A stretch of 64,000 nucleotides of DNA from the human T2T-CHM13v2.0 reference genome, Homo sapiens, in NCBI RefSeq assembly GCF_009914755.1, contig NC_060933.1; one strand, written 5' to 3'. Every line of letters begins with the position of its first letter. Position 1 is the first letter of the stretch. The notes under the pieces are model-generated. The model was given only the letters and a program-made list of their open reading frames with translations, was not told the DNA's origin and made no database searches. Position numbers and translations under genes: made by a program. Shown here in pieces: positions 38,626 through 53,884 of this stretch.

Positions 38626-38747
38626 AAATCAATGTATCTTGACATATTAGGAGAATAAATAAGAAAATCCATATAATCTCCCCAATAGATGAAGAAATGC
38701 TTTGACAAAATTCAGCATTCTTACAATTAATTAAAAATTGGTAAGCA

Positions 38748-39046
38748 GGCCGGGCAGGGTGACTCGTGCCTGTAATCCTAGCACTTTGGGAGGCGGAGAT
38801 GGGTGGATTGCCTGAGCTCAGGAGTTCAAGACCAACCTGGGCAACATGGTGAAACCCCATCTCTACTAAAACACAAAAAATCAGCTGGGCATGGTGGCAG
38901 AGGCCTGTAATCCCAGCTACTCAGGAGGCTGAGAGGGATGAGAATTGCTTGAACTCAGGAGACGGAAGTTGCAGTTAGCCGAGATCATGCCACTGCACTG
39001 CAGCCTGGGCAACAAAGCGAAACTCTCTCTCAAAAAAAAAAAAAAA
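38748..39046 (+). mobile_element. AluS
   Basis: full dimer; TSD aaaaattggtaagca. Confidence 0.95.
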
Positions 39047-41075
39047 ATTGGTAAGCAATCCAAATAGCCAGATTGCAAAATCTGATGTACCCAAACCATG
39101 GCTCTTACAAGAGCCTCCTAACTGCTTCACCAACCTAAGCTGAATGCTCTTCTTAAAACACAAATCTGCTCATGTCACTCTTCTACCCTTAGCTCCCGCT
39201 GCCTACATGAAGCATAAGGCAGTAGATGGCTGCAGCAGAAGTTCTGTGTCCTACACACAAACCCATCCAGCAGTTGTCTCCCATTTATCCTTCCTTTAGT
39301 TCCAACTCTGATTTTGCCAGTCATCATACCACACTTCATCCATAACAAACCAGTTTCAGTAATATTTCACATCTCTCTGCCTTACTTCTAAGCAGCTTTC
39401 ATCTTTTTCAAATTCCTCAACTATGTGGTAAAAATCTCCTCTTTTTAGACCTAAATCATACATCTCCTCTTTTCTGAAACCATTCTAAAGTTCTCCACAC
39501 TTGCAGAGTAGGGATTAGTTATTCCCTCTTTTAAGCCTTTAATGTTCTCTGTAAGTATCTATTATAGCATGTACAATATTTTAATGCCTTTAGGATTTTA
39601 AATGTCAATTAGCTTACTCTCTTAAACTTGTGTTAAGAACAGTGATATTATGGTGTCTATGCATAGTGGATATAGTATTAAAATAAATGTTTGCTAGTTG
39701 AGTAAATACACTAGAATAATAGTTCTCAGATAGGCTTTGCAAAATCTCTGCCTTATCAATTATTCAAGAAAAATGGGTTCTATGGCCAATTAAATGTGAA
39801 AAATGCTACATTTGATAATCTCTTAGTGATTCACAATGCACACTGGAGTATAAAAGATATTGAGATGTAAAAAGAAACCCGTCTTCTTAAATTTATCTCA
39901 TCCCAAACTTTTAAACTTGGAACTCATTTATAACTCCTATTAACATCCTACAAAACTAGTATTTTGAGTAACATGGCATCAGAAATACTAAATTAGCCAA
40001 TGAAATAATTCTGGCATGGCTTAGATATCTGTCTCATAATTAATGAGTTATGCAAAGTTCTGCAGTTCAAGCTTTGTATCATCATCCTATTAAACATAAC
40101 GTACATAAGAAATATTACAACAACACAAATACTATCTGCTACAATTCTGTTTAGCTGCTGTTGGTAGTACCCCGCCACCATCAAATGGAACAAAATCTTG
40201 GAGACCAAGGCTGAAATCCCACTCATCAAGTAAGCACTGCTGGATTCCTCTGCCAAATCTCAAAACTTAACAAGGAAACAAGACCCTGCCATAAGACGTC
40301 AGTGTAACGGGTAGTGGTTGCTTACTTCATAGAAGGAAAAGGATCTCTGATGCTGAATTAACCAGAGTCTTGGGCTGCATTTGGACACTCAGAGCAACTC
40401 ATCTACCATTCTATTTATCAAGAAAGACAGGGCTGAGTCACATGACTGTGTAACTCAATGAGAGAACAAATGTGCTCTGCCTCAACACAGTTTTAGCTAT
40501 TGTAATTAGGATATTTCTACAGAAAGTCTTTTTTGCCCAATTCAGAGGGTTTTGTGGTTAAAATAGGACAAAAAAATCCTGCCACCTGGGAAGTCCTACT
40601 GAATAACTCACATTTACATTTTGGTGGTGGCACACCTGGTTGTCTTTTTAGTCTTTCTTTCAGTGAGTGAAAGAAATTAAATATAAACTGACTTATACAT
40701 CACTGGTACATTCAAAGTAACTAATAATTTACTTTTCCAAAGAATTTAGAATTCCAAATTGCTGAGTTTTCATTTTCTAAGAATTCCTTTTCTGATTTGC
40801 TGTTTCATACACAAACAATTCATATATCTTTTACTGAATGTAAATGAGGCTTGTGAATACTCTGAATTAAGAGAATGAGGGATTTCTGCTCATATGAAGT
40901 AAACAAACCTGTAAACCATTTCAAAAAAATAATGAGGACATAGAAATAAAAACTACAGGAAAATTTCTACCATCTGTTCTCTTATCTACAGCATAAAAAA
41001 TTGAAATTTACCATGTTCAATATTTCCCCTTGTCAAGGGGGTTGAGTAGGTATATGAGGAAAATGAGAAACTTAC

Positions 41076-41199
41076 CTAGGCTAGAATTGCCTTTTGCTAT
41101 ATTAATAGTCCTTTCAAAAGATTCTTTAGATACATTTTGAAGCATGACACACTCAGCATTACAGGCCAGGGAGCTCTGTTCAAGCAGGTACTCAGAGCC
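41076..41199 (-). CDS. MPDZ: MPDZ exon, 124 nt, start of PDZ6: GSEYLLEQSSLACNAECVMLQNVSKESFERTINIAKGNSSL(G)
   Basis: ttaaag| and CTAG|gtaagt; phase 0 to 1. Confidence 0.95.
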
Positions 41200-41459
41200 C
41201 TTTAAGAAAGAAAAAGAAGTCACAAGTCACATGGAAAGGGAAACTAGACTTTGGAGCGTGATTTCAACATCACGCATGTTCTCTAATTGATTGTGCTTTA
41301 TTTTGCAAGAACCTGCAACCAAAACAAGTTCATAGGTTGCCTTCTGAAAATCTTAGTGTCAAGAAGCACTCATTCCAAATGAAGAGATTAGCCAGAATAA
41401 CCTTACTTCACTATTCCCTATCTCATCATAAAACACAAACCATATCTTTAAAATATTAC

Positions 41460-41741
41460 CTTTCCAGCTGAATCGGGTAGCACAGAAGGAAGTTCTGCAC
41501 TTGATATAACTTCACTTGGTAAATGAGATTCAGTCCACACTATTGTGTTTTCACATTCATATTGTTGTTCAATAGCATTTGCAGGTGTGTAGTCATTTAT
41601 AGTAAAGCCAGAAGCAGGCCCCATACTTATGTCCACCGAAGGTGTATTCTCATCCTGTCTTTGCAGGAGATTCTGGGTATATAGTTCCTCCAGAGACATA
41701 TGCAGATCAAGTACTGGATCACAAGAATTTTCAATAACATC
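41460..41741 (-). CDS. MPDZ: MPDZ exon, 282 nt: DVIENSCDPVLDLHMSLEEL...VLPDSAGK
   Basis: taccag| and AAG|gtaata; ORF 41448..41768. Confidence 0.96.
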
Positions 41742-42053
41742 CTGGTAGTTAAAAAACAACAACAACAAAACATGAAAAATGTGACCAGAATTACATCAAT
41801 ATATAACATCACTTCTTAATGAACAACTATTTAGTGAAATGTAAAACATAACAATTATTTATTACTCAAAAAGCATTAACAAACACAATTCCTCACTTAG
41901 CAGATTTTCTGCATATCTTTATTTTCATAAATGCTTTTAAATACATTTCCTGAAAGTCATACATCTCACGTTCTACTGAGTTATACTTGTACAAGATACT
42001 GTACGTAAGATCATTTAGAAATACTATGTTCTATTTACAAATAAAATTATTCA

Positions 42054-44025
42054 GAGTTCAAATTACATAGAAGAGCAAGTAGCATACTTCCAAATCTCAC
42101 TTAAAGTGTAGTTTGTTTCCCATCAGTCTGAAGTTCCCATTTATTATGAGCTCAAGGACATAAAAAGTATGACATTAATTGATTTGGACTCATAAGGGCC
42201 TCCAAGAGAAAATTATTTTGATAGGCATTTATAAGTATTTATGGAGAAGAATAGAAAGTTTTACAATTCAAATTATCGTAGGAAAAATTTGCATAAATAT
42301 TCTGTACGATATAACAGAAGGAATAGTAAGACGGGTTGTCATAAAATGTATGCTCTAAATCCAGGCTCTGTTATTAACAATTTGTATATCACAGAACCTC
42401 TCTTTATATAATTTCTACAATCCTCTGAAACTCTAAAATTGTAGAGTTCTATATAAATATGTATATCTACTTACAACAGATATATTGTATCACTTGAGTG
42501 CTTTGGGAAAGCAGTTGCTTCATAAACTGCTGTTGAATAAACATATCAGTTTTCCCTTCAATTCTTTCATTGATAGTTTCAATGTATAAAAGTAGCATAT
42601 GAACATACTATTGCATAAAGGATTCAAGATACAGACATATACTGTGTATGCATATAGAATACAATATGAAGAGTTTTCGCTATGGCTTCTACTTCCATTC
42701 GCTTCCCCAGTAAGAATGGCTAGCATCAGTTAGGTGTTTATCCATCAAATTTTTAATGCATTTGCATAATATATACATATAAGTACACATGCACACACTC
42801 ACACATACAAGCAGATATACATATATATTTTTAAAAACTAAACACAGCCATACAATAAATAGCACTTTTACTTTTTTTGCAGTATCTTTTCATCTTGATG
42901 TGAGAAATTTCCATGTCAGTTTAAAAACAAGTCAACTTCAATTTTCTTATGGCTGTAAGTTATTCCTAAGTATGAAAGACAGTGGTGTGTAGACTGTGAA
43001 CCAGGATGCCTGAGTTCAAATCCTGGCTCAACACTAATTAAATGTTAGAGCTTGGACAAGTTACTTAAACACTATGCCTAATTGGGGAAATTAATAGAAA
43101 CTAATACAGGACTTTTGGGAGGACAGAGAGTATTCATATCCACAAAGTACTAAAAACAGGCCTGACTTAATAGAAAATGCCCAATAATTGTTAGCTACTG
43201 CTGTTATTTATATTCTACATCTTTGTCCACATGTGTGAAGATATATTCACTATGAACCACTAGAATTTCAATGGTTGGTCAAATGATATGCACACTTAAA
43301 ATGCTGGTACATATTTTTAGTAGAGACGGGGTCTCATCGTGATGGTCTTCATCTCCTGACCTCGTGATTCGCCTGCCTCGGCCTCTCAAAGTGTTGGGAT
43401 TACAGGCGTGAGCCACTAAAAATACAAAAAAAATTAGCAGGGCGTGGTGGCTGGTGCCTGAAGTCCCAGCTACTCAGGAGGCTGAGGCAGGAGAATGGCG
43501 TGAATCCAGGAGGCAGAGCTTGCAGTTAGCCCAGATTGTGCCACTGCACTCCAGCCTGGGTAACAGAGCGAGACTGCATCTCAAAAAAAAAAAAAAAAAA
43601 AATTTGGTACATACTGCTAACTTGTGTTCCAATTTTCTCTTACAGAAGGAAAATATGGGAATACCTGTTAATGAATCTTGCCAGTCCTAGATTAGTTTGG
43701 CAATCTGATTTGTAAGAAATATTAGTGTATTACTATGTGTGTTCCTGACAATTATCAAGGATAAGCCATTTGTATTTCTTCTGTTAACACTCTCTTCATA
43801 TTCTTTATCCGATTTTTCTCTGAGTTCAAATTACATATAGAGGCAAATAACTCATAATTTCAAATTTCACTTAAAATGCAATTCAGTTCTAATCACTTTA
43901 AAGTTCCTATTTATGAAGAGATCAAGAGCATAAAGCATATGACGTTAATTGATCTGGATTCACAGGAGCCTCCAAGAGAAAACTATCTTAATAGGCATTT
44001 ACAGGTATTTATGGTGACGAATAGA
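42054..44025 (+). repeat. Diverged ~200-bp direct duplication (42054-42255 and 43822-44025)
   Basis: collinear shared blocks gagttcaaattacata, gcctccaagagaaaa, ataggcattta, gtatttatgg. Confidence 0.85.
43312..43600 (+). mobile_element. AluY-like element with inverted left monomer
   Basis: antisense left arm 43312-43416, sense right arm to the A-tail; TSD core tggtacata. Confidence 0.88.
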
Positions 44026-47000
44026 CATTCTTCTTGTCATTGGCACAGTCTGAATATAAAGTCTTTGTGATATACACTGCAAATATTCTCCCAGTCTGTC
44101 ACTTGTCTTTTAGTTTGTACAGGTAATATTTTGTCGTGCAGAAGTTAAATTATTTCTGCAACCAAATTTGTCATTCTCTTGTGCTTTTGCGTTTTATATA
44201 TTACTTAATAAGTCCTTCCACACAAAGTAAATGAAATGCTTTCTAGTATTTTTCCTCTTTTATAAATGCTTTCTTTTAGATTTTAACCATCTTGATTTAT
44301 TTCAGGGTATGGTGTGAGATATGGGTCTGTCACTTTTTTCTAAACGGGTAATTAATTGCTCCAACACAATTTATTACACTCCTTTCCTTGAATGTGACTT
44401 ATTATCTCTCTAGAATTATCAGATATTCCTAGTACAAAGAATTGAGGCAAGTGGAAACATCATATAAGCAATTAACATCTGTAGTATCTTCAGAAACAAA
44501 TGACAGGAAGGTATCATCCTCCACAAGCCCAGGATCTAAACAATAACCTGTTGGCTCCCTCACCCAACTTTGATAATTTTATTCTTAGGAAAAATAATAA
44601 TGTACTTACTACAGAACTGGTTAGCTTCCATATTGCTAAATTGATTATAATAATTAGTAAATCATCTCCCCCATGCCTCAAAGATAACAATCAAAATTGC
44701 TTTTCATTAGCAAAAGAGGTCAAGTCGCCCTTGTTAGCTGGGGTGTACTGTAAATGGTATAACAGTCCCATGCATTATTCATGAAGGAGTTAACACAGAC
44801 ACACAGAAAAGAAAGAGCTAATCAACACAGTAGACAACATACGCCCACTTCAGAAACGTTTCTGGTTGCTCAACAACCAACTCAGTTTTATTTTTAAAAG
44901 TCTTGTGGATCTAAAAGAAAAACAGTTCTTCCCTCATAAGATGTACAAAAATAACCACAATTTCCCAGTGCAACTTGATATCTAAAGTGAAGTCTTTCAA
45001 AAGTCTATATTAATATGTGACTTCACTTGATATATTCTTGTCCTCAGTAAAAAATTAAAAAAGGTTAAATTAAAATGTCAAATATACTTTTTAAAAGTTC
45101 TATTTCTTAAGCGCAATGCATAAATTAAGGTTAGAGTTGGGCATATTATTTACCCAGATAATATATTTACAAAAACTAACTAAATACACGAGCATTTAAT
45201 AGCCATAACCTGCTTTTCTTCAATAAGCAGTCTACCAGAGGATCCTTATTATACATTTAAAAAATAGATTGCAACCAAAGCTGCTCCAACTGTCCTTCTC
45301 CCACTCTTTCTGAGATAAGGTACACTTCCTTTATTGTTTTGACACTGATCCTACTAAGGAAAAAGGCAACATCTTTTATACCTTGGAGAGCCTGCAATTT
45401 TGTCACTAAGACTCTCACAGTCACTCATCATTTTGATTAGAGTGATTTAGTTTTTTATTCTAACCCCATCTGCAAAAAAAAATAAGAAATAGTATCAACA
45501 TTCTAAACATGGATGTGAAGGCAATAATATTTTATGCTAGACAATGACACTAAGTAATAATTTGTAAGAATGTTCAGACTACTAAAAAATATCATTAAAT
45601 CCGTTAGTTGAGTTGACGTACAAGGTGCAAAAGGGTTCCTATCTTGATAAACATCAAGTTCAACCTGCATTAGAATAAAAAGTAATTCCTGGCAGAACTG
45701 ATATTCAAGAACGAAGGATAGACACCACATTGGTAACAATATCATCACCGGACAGAGTAAGAGTATGAGTGTACACGGGAGGGCAGGGTGTAGAGGTGTG
45801 AATAAGGAGTAGAAGGGGAAACTTGAATAGATATTAAATCTTTATCCATTGTATTTTTAAATCAAAATAGGAAAAAAAAATGTTCTAAAAACCATGTTAA
45901 AATTTTAAACAAAAGTCTGCCAATTTAAAAACCAATTATTTCTGCATTTTGTCATATCTTTGGAGGTAACAAGGGAAAAGGAGTAAAATGATTAACCAAA
46001 GAAATCAAACATAAAATAATAAGAAAGGAAAAACACGGCTAGAGCCATGTTGCTCTTAAAATCCATATTTCAATGACCTGCCTCTATTAAGCCAAATGCC
46101 ATAGAGGCGGGTATATTTTTCAGGTTCTTGAGTAATTGTTATTTCCCGTAAATCTTTACATGGTAACTAATCAAATTAAGCAAATACATACTCTTAAAAA
46201 AGTAAAGCAGAATGGACCCCCAAATTAGATAATTTTGTGAGGAAGAGCCCCAACATATGGCTACAGCCCTTTGGTGTTTAGGCTGCCCTGAAGAGCGAGG
46301 CCTCCCTCTATGAAGAGTCTGTGCTGTAGGTGATTAGCACTGATCACTTCTGGTAGTATACCTGACGAAGGCCAAAAGACCATTCATCAAGGGGAAGAGA
46401 CAGGTAAAATTATTTGTTCATACCCTGTTGCCATTTAAGGCTACAAGATAATCACATAGTTAGCAAAGTCAAAAATCTAAGGAATTGCTGAGATCCTCAC
46501 ATTCTATTTTAATCCTTCTTTCAAATCAAGATAGAGGCATCTTTGTTTTTCTTAAAAATCATATACTATACGGTATTACTTTATAAATTAAAAAGCCTTT
46601 AAGTACGCTCACTTTTAAGAAAAATTGTCAATTGTAAATTCCATAACAAATCACCATTGTGTCTTTTTAATATAAATTTGTTGCAAAGAAACAGGAAGGA
46701 CACATTATATATTTATTTTATTTACATAAAAATTTTTAGCAAAAGTCTAGGTATTAGAAAGTTGTCACCAAAAATATAAAATGTTGCAGAGATTTTACCA
46801 CGATGCAGGAACAGTCCTACTTTTTAAGAAAACTAAAAGCACACAGGAGTTTCACAATGTGTTTTAAAACACCCTCATTAATGTCTTCTTTGTTGTTTTG
46901 TAGTTTAAGTATTTCAGTTGATAAACGAGCTTGCCAAAATTTGCTTCAACAAAAGAGTAAACTGCTTGGGGAAAACAAAATAAATAAATACAAAAGGAGG

Positions 47001-47879
47001 CAAACAGACTTCGGTAAGCCAATATGTTGTGCTGCATACAGCCAGCATTTGCCCTGTAAAATATATGCTTCTCAGTATGCAGATTGTGTAATCCCTTTAA
47101 GTAACAATTACTAAGTTAAACAATGCAATCTGTCCACTGGGAAGAAGACGTGTGCTATGCTGTGGATTAGGAGATTCCATCAGGAGATGAACTCAGCTTC
47201 CAGCCCTGAGGCCAGTAAAGACTGAACACATTCCAGAACACATTCCAGACAGGACACAGCTAGACAGACAGTCTCAGGTGTGGTGAGAGAGGAGCAGCTG
47301 CTCCACTCAAGATTATACCTTGCAAACCATTTCAAGGAGACTGCCCAGCATCATTTGCAAGGATAACAGGTGCACCTTGAACATAAAAGAAAATGCTTTG
47401 AAAATGTTCTGGCCAAAAAACCTGTTAATCAGGAAAGGAGGAAAACAGTGCTAGACCTACGGAAATTCTACTTTCCAACTTATTCATAAATACCCCTTCC
47501 CATTGAATTCAATTTATGCAGAAAATACATATTTCGTATATTAAAAAAAATTGTCCAGTCTTTTCAACTTAATTTTAAATGTATGTTTATGGTATATTTC
47601 CAATATAGAAAAATAAAGAAAATATATTCATATATGAACTCTTTGCCATGATTTAATAGATATAAACATTCTGCCATATTTTCATCAATCTCTCTTTCCT
47701 CATAATATGTTATAATGTATTAGACACATAGCTAAATTCCCATACTTCCTTTTTTCTCCAAGGATAACTTCTTTTTTGAAGTTGAGAAGTATCCTGCCAA
47801 CACATTTTTAGATTTTACTACACACATGTACATAGATATTCATTAAAAATATATGTTGAATTGCTTTGCATATCAATTT

Positions 47880-48080
47880 CCAAAAAACAACTGCAAAGAA
47901 TCAAAAGAAAAATGAGCAACCCAATACAAAATGGCCAAAAGATATGAAGAGATCTTTGATGAAAAGTGAAAAACAAATGGCCAATATTATGAAAAAAACA
48001 TTCATTCTCATTAGTAATCAGGAAATCCAAATTAAAATAGTAAGATACCATTTCACACCCAAAACATTGGATACATTTTA
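47880..48080 (+). mobile_element. L1M ORF2-end fragment
   Basis: aaatggccaatattatgaaaaaaacattcattctcattagtaatcagg...agataccatttcacaccc. Confidence 0.75.
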
Positions 48081-48742
48081 AAGTATTACTTATTGAACAT
48101 TATAGAGTATGTCACCAAGAAAATGAATAGAGTTGGGGCATTTATGCCAATAATCTATTTCTAAAATATAAATGGCACAGATATGTCAAATAGTGACTAA
48201 ATTCTTCGTTCACATCCAGTGACATAAACATAATTTACCATTCACTGTGATTTTTTATGTAAAGTATTCTTTGGCATCATTTTGTATAAAAACATATGAC
48301 AGCATTAAGTTTAACTTAGCTAGTAAATGTTAAATTAATGCAAGAAATATTTTACTATCCAACTTTGCATAGAAGTCAGTTTTAAAACCATTAAGAAAAT
48401 AAAGTTATTCTTGTAATTTTTCCAAAGTAGACACTGCTAAAAACACAACTTGAGAAATATATGATGCTAAATTTTTCTTTCTGACATGCAAACCCTAATC
48501 AAAGCTTTGAGCCTCTGTATCTATCATTCTCAGACACTAAATTTAAATAGTTTCTAGTAATCTGAAAGCTATCCAACCAACGTTAGCTAAATGAAATTGT
48601 ACTTTAATCCAATAATGAATCCACAACTGGAGAAACATAATGTCTCCAATATGTTATTCCCACAACTCCCCATAAGGACTGAGCTCTGGAAAATTACACA
48701 CAAGACTTTCCTATAAAAGAAAAATTGGCTTTTCCTTTGTAC

Positions 48743-48910
48743 CTTAGGAGGAGATGATGGAAGGGAAGAACCATAGTTCAGGCCATCACCACAAGAACTG
48801 CCATGAAGAGATAAAATAGAGGCTTGAGTAGAGTAGATGCTGTCATTTTCAGGAGAGTATGGAGACTCAAATGTGGATTCATCTACTAAGTCAGCATCAT
48901 TTGTGCCCAC
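48743..48910 (-). CDS. MPDZ: MPDZ exon, 168 nt: VGTNDADLVDESTFESPYSPEND...SSLPSSPPK
   Basis: ttctag| and AAG|gtacaa. Confidence 0.95.
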
Positions 48911-51594
48911 CTAGAAACAAAACAATAATATCAGTTGGGAATTCTGTTCTATTACATATATGACAAACAATCTCCACTTGAGACTAAAAGGCAAACTGGT
49001 ATCATTCTTTTATCTATTGTATTTTCTATATGCCCTCTTAACCCTCATCAGACACTGCTAATGCAGCAGAACAAGGATAAATAGCCCACCTACAGCAGAA
49101 AGTGCTGGCATACAAGGTTATTTTATTTCATCAATAAAAGGGCTAAAGGCAACAATTAACAAAGGGCCTGGATGAAGTCTATGTTTAAACAGTTCCATAG
49201 TTAAGAAAAATATTTACTTTCTTACAGTTCCCATGCCCAACTCTTACAATTTTATAATAAAATTGTGTCATAATTTTTCCTAGTCAACTAAAATAAACTG
49301 TTATTCAATGAGGCAGCTAGGCAATTATATATTTGTAAGCCACACTAAAACTATATATTTTGTTTAAATTATCTTGAACTAGATTTTAAAACCATTCAAG
49401 TTGCAGAAACCAAAAAGAAAATCTGTGATTTCATGCTAAAATTATACTAACAAACAAGGGGCCTAATTATGATCTGGTTATGGTGAAGCTTTAAGTTATA
49501 AACTTGTAAGAAAACTCATAAAGAGTGAGATAGAGAATTTCACTACATATTCTCTAATAATCCTATTGCTGTCTTCTGTCACAGAATCAAGATTAATATT
49601 TAAATTATGATGAGCTTGAAGTTCTTTTTGCAATTCACTCAAAGTCATACCTGAGAATAGGCAGAACTGACATATATACTACCTTTCTCTGATACTACCA
49701 GCATTTTCTGTCTATCTTGGCAAAATTCCATATGTTCTAATTTTTTTTTTGTAATTTCAACTTACTGCTTACCCAGGAGAAGTTAGAAGAATTATAACAT
49801 TATATCAGGTCACATTCTTACAAAAAACTATTAAAAATACCTGTGGGCCATTTTGAAGTGATTTTCTCTTCAAATATACTTCATAGGCCTAATAATATAT
49901 TTTAAATACATGTTCAAATTCACTAGTGAGTCACTATGTGGAGGTTTACCCTTACAAATATACATAACATACAACAATCTAGATAGACACTATTAACTAA
50001 GCCTTGTGTCATAGATTACAATACATATTTAAGTAACATTAATGAAAGAATACCTCAATATAATTTGTATGTATATTGCTGATATCTTAGGATCTTAGGA
50101 GAGATATTAACAATCAATTCATTTATTTACTGTAGAGATAAAACACTAAGACTCAAAGAAATTGAGTGACCAGTCCAAGATTACTTAGCTGGCTAAGGAG
50201 AAGACCCAGGACGCATATTACTATTATAAGATGCCAAGCTCACATAAAAGTGGAACTAATCTTCCTTTTGATTGGTATCCATTAAGGAGGTTCAAGGAAG
50301 CCATGTAAAGGCTAGAGAGAATGCTATTTCGTCGGGTACTTTAGAAATAATCATATATAGTATTTGTATCCTGTGACATTTCAAGAAGTATTTGCTATGG
50401 CTGGGTACTATTTACACCACAGTACTGTATGTAATTCGTTGTATATACTAAGCTATCTAGTTTTGAAGTGCTAATATAATACCCATGGAGAGCAGGGCCA
50501 TAAGTTACCTGGTATGTTAAGTATTACAGTGTGAAATTATTGCATTTATTATAACATATACCAAAACTTTTCAAATGGCTATTTCAAGAGCTTGCAATTT
50601 AAAAATATTAGCAAAAGGAATTGTCTCCCCCGAAATTACAATCAGCAAAATGTATATATAGTCAAAGAAATAATTCACTCTGTTTTAAAGCAAGATGTGC
50701 GCAGTTATAAACACATAATGAAGAATTTAACAGGTTTTAAACCTTTCTCCAGTCTAATGAAACTCAAACAAGTATTTAAAAAGCAAGTATATTCCTTTTT
50801 AGCAACAGTGCACAATGTTTGCCCCACAAAAAACGTTGAGTAAGGAACCTAGCTCTAATAGTAGGGGTAATGTGAACAGGATGTACAATTTGTTGTATTT
50901 ATGTTGAGTAAATGTCACATGTATATTCATGCCTGGTATTTAGTTTTATCCTTTAGTTATTGATATAGCATTGTACCCTCTACAAGAAAAAGTTTCTTAA
51001 GGGCAGAGTGCCTGCAAATACTTTTATTCCAATGGATACTATTTTAAACATCAAACAGAAATAAAATTTTAATTTATAATTTTTCTGGTAAATCAGTATA
51101 CTTACATATATGTATTTATAGAAAACATGGGGTTTACCTTTCCATAAAACTGGTGTTCTTAATAACTGAACCAATTTATATGATTCTCACACTATTAATA
51201 TCTAATGGAAAAAAGATACCTATTACCTCATTAAATACAGCCAAAACAGTGATTTATGACTGAATATTGAGCACAGTTAAAGAATGCCTAGAGATATCTA
51301 AGCGTGAAATTGGAGCAAACAAATGCTCCACAAACTTTAGATATGGCACAAAGATTAATTCTACATACTGCTACAATGCAACGTTAATTAAGTTTTCCTC
51401 ACAAATGTTTTTCATATTTATTATGGTTTTTCTTCCCATTTTCAATTGTGAGAACTAAGTTGGAGAAAACATGTTTATCTTTCCAAATATAATAATGAAC
51501 AAAGAATATAATAGACTTCTTCAGAATATTTTGAAAGGCAAAGTAAGACATATCAGGTTTCTGAAAGAAAGCTTGATAAGTCATAGCCACTAAC

Positions 51595-51711
51595 CAGAGC
51601 CAAGTCAGCCCTGAAGAGGGGTTTGTCAGCCAGCCCTGCTTCCTCACAGGAGTGTGGTGGGTAGAGAAAGGAATCCTCCTTAGCAGAAACATAACCTTCT
51701 TCTGGTGAAAG
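51595..51711 (-). CDS. MPDZ: MPDZ exon, 117 nt: LSPEEGYVSAKEDSFLYPPHSCEEAGLADKPLFRADLAL
   Basis: long pyrimidine tract, ctgcag| and CTG|gttagt. Confidence 0.95.
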
Positions 51712-53580
51712 CTGCAGGGAAAAAATGGTATTCATGGAAAAGAGAGAGAACAGCAAAGAAGAAAGAAAATGGAAAAGAAGAGTAAAGGTAGGAAAAGTGA
51801 GGGGGGCGAGAAGAGAAAGAAATTGGAAAGTTTTCAAACGATATGACTTCAACATAGAATGGTAAGTATGCAATCTGATATTCATATTTGACATTCATTT
51901 GATAAGACACAATGAGGATTATTTACTCTAATATAAAAATCACCTGTTGGATGAGAATCCCTTTCTACTAATTTTTCATTCTTCTTATAAGAATTTTTTT
52001 AAATGAATTTTTTTTTTAATATTCTAATAATCTTCCGGTTATTTTTATCTGCAAAATATTCTGGTCAAACAATGACTTCCTAATATAGAAATGAAGCAAC
52101 TTTTAGGTATTAATAAAAGAAGTTGCAGAAAAACAAAATATTAAAAAGAAATATCAACTTCTGTCATCCCTTACAAGAATATTATTTTAAAGAATCCAAT
52201 TTACTTGAAAAGGAATGTTAGTGAACTCTACGGGAATTCAATTTAGCATGGCTTATAAAACAAAACGAAACAAAAACCAAATCTCTACATATCCACAGTC
52301 TGCTTAACTTGCAGGTTAGAGATATCGTATCACAAACTTGGTCACGCTGACAGAAAAGCTAACATATTTATTCCACTCTCAGACGAAATGGGCTAAAATA
52401 TTTAGATAATCAGCCTGCCTACATCACCTGGCATCAGCAAAACATACAGAAGAAGAATTATAGGGGAAAAGAAACTGTTTTTCTTCTTTGCCCATATATG
52501 TGAGTTTAGTATTTATTAAGCCTCACTTTGGGAAGTAGAGGTATTTATCATATGCTGCAAGGCATACTGAATTTAAAATATCAAATACCGTCATAAAAGA
52601 AATTTATTTTGGAACTATACAGAAAAAAAAAAGACTGATTCTGAATAACTGGTATGGTTTCATCTTAAGGACAGTAAAACTAAAAGGTATATTGAGTCAT
52701 GTTTGCCATTTCTCTCTGTCCAACAGAAAGACCAGAACCAAATGCATAATCCAATCTTAATAAATAGGTAGAGTCCCTGATAGCCTATCTTTATTCTTAC
52801 ATTCCCATCCATAGTGCTCTTTTGTCATAATTTTTACAAGCCTGGTTCGATTTCAGATTGGATTAACATATTCTTCAATCATCCTGCCCTCCTCCTTCTC
52901 TTTCTTTTTTCATAAATATATTTTAATAGGCTACTGAAATTCTCTGTGGACTAAAAAGTGGTGCACAAAACTTTGGCACTTAAAATACATTAACAAAGCT
53001 TACTGTTTTAACAAATTCTTTCACAAAAATCAACAAACCCATATTGCTACTTACGAAATTATATTTATGTGTTTGCATTTTCTTAAGAAAACGTGTATCT
53101 GCCTTTTCACTTCAAACTATATTCACGTACTGGAAAAAACCCACAAATATTGAGAACATCTCTAATATTTAACTGCAATACAATGATAAGTGCCATGTTG
53201 CAATCACTACATTTAATATAACATACTGCTTTATGTAGCACGGATTCATAAAGTTGTTTCTATTATTACAGTAATTTATGATTTGGGAGCTATTCCCTGC
53301 CAGGAGAGCCACAAACTGATGAACCCATTTTGGAAAGTTTAATTTCCTGCTCTGCAGTAACTAGACAGCAAATGTGTTGAAGTCAACTGAATTTAGCAAC
53401 TTGAAGCCACTCTGACAGAGATTCTACTTTATCCCACTGTGATTAAAGATTTTATTGTTAGTTAATGCTATTAATTTTTTTAACACCCCATTACATTGGT
53501 ATAGATATTGTAAGCCATATTCATTTGAAAATATTTGATTTTGCATTAATCATGACCTTATTATCAAATATAAAATGTTA

Positions 53581-53884
<304 letters not shown>

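Noticed and set aside
47319-47421. 103-nt cryptic exon with a pyrimidine-rich acceptor and AAG|gtataa
   Set aside because: Frameshifting, in-frame stop, weak donor; typical pseudo-exon with no supporting feature.
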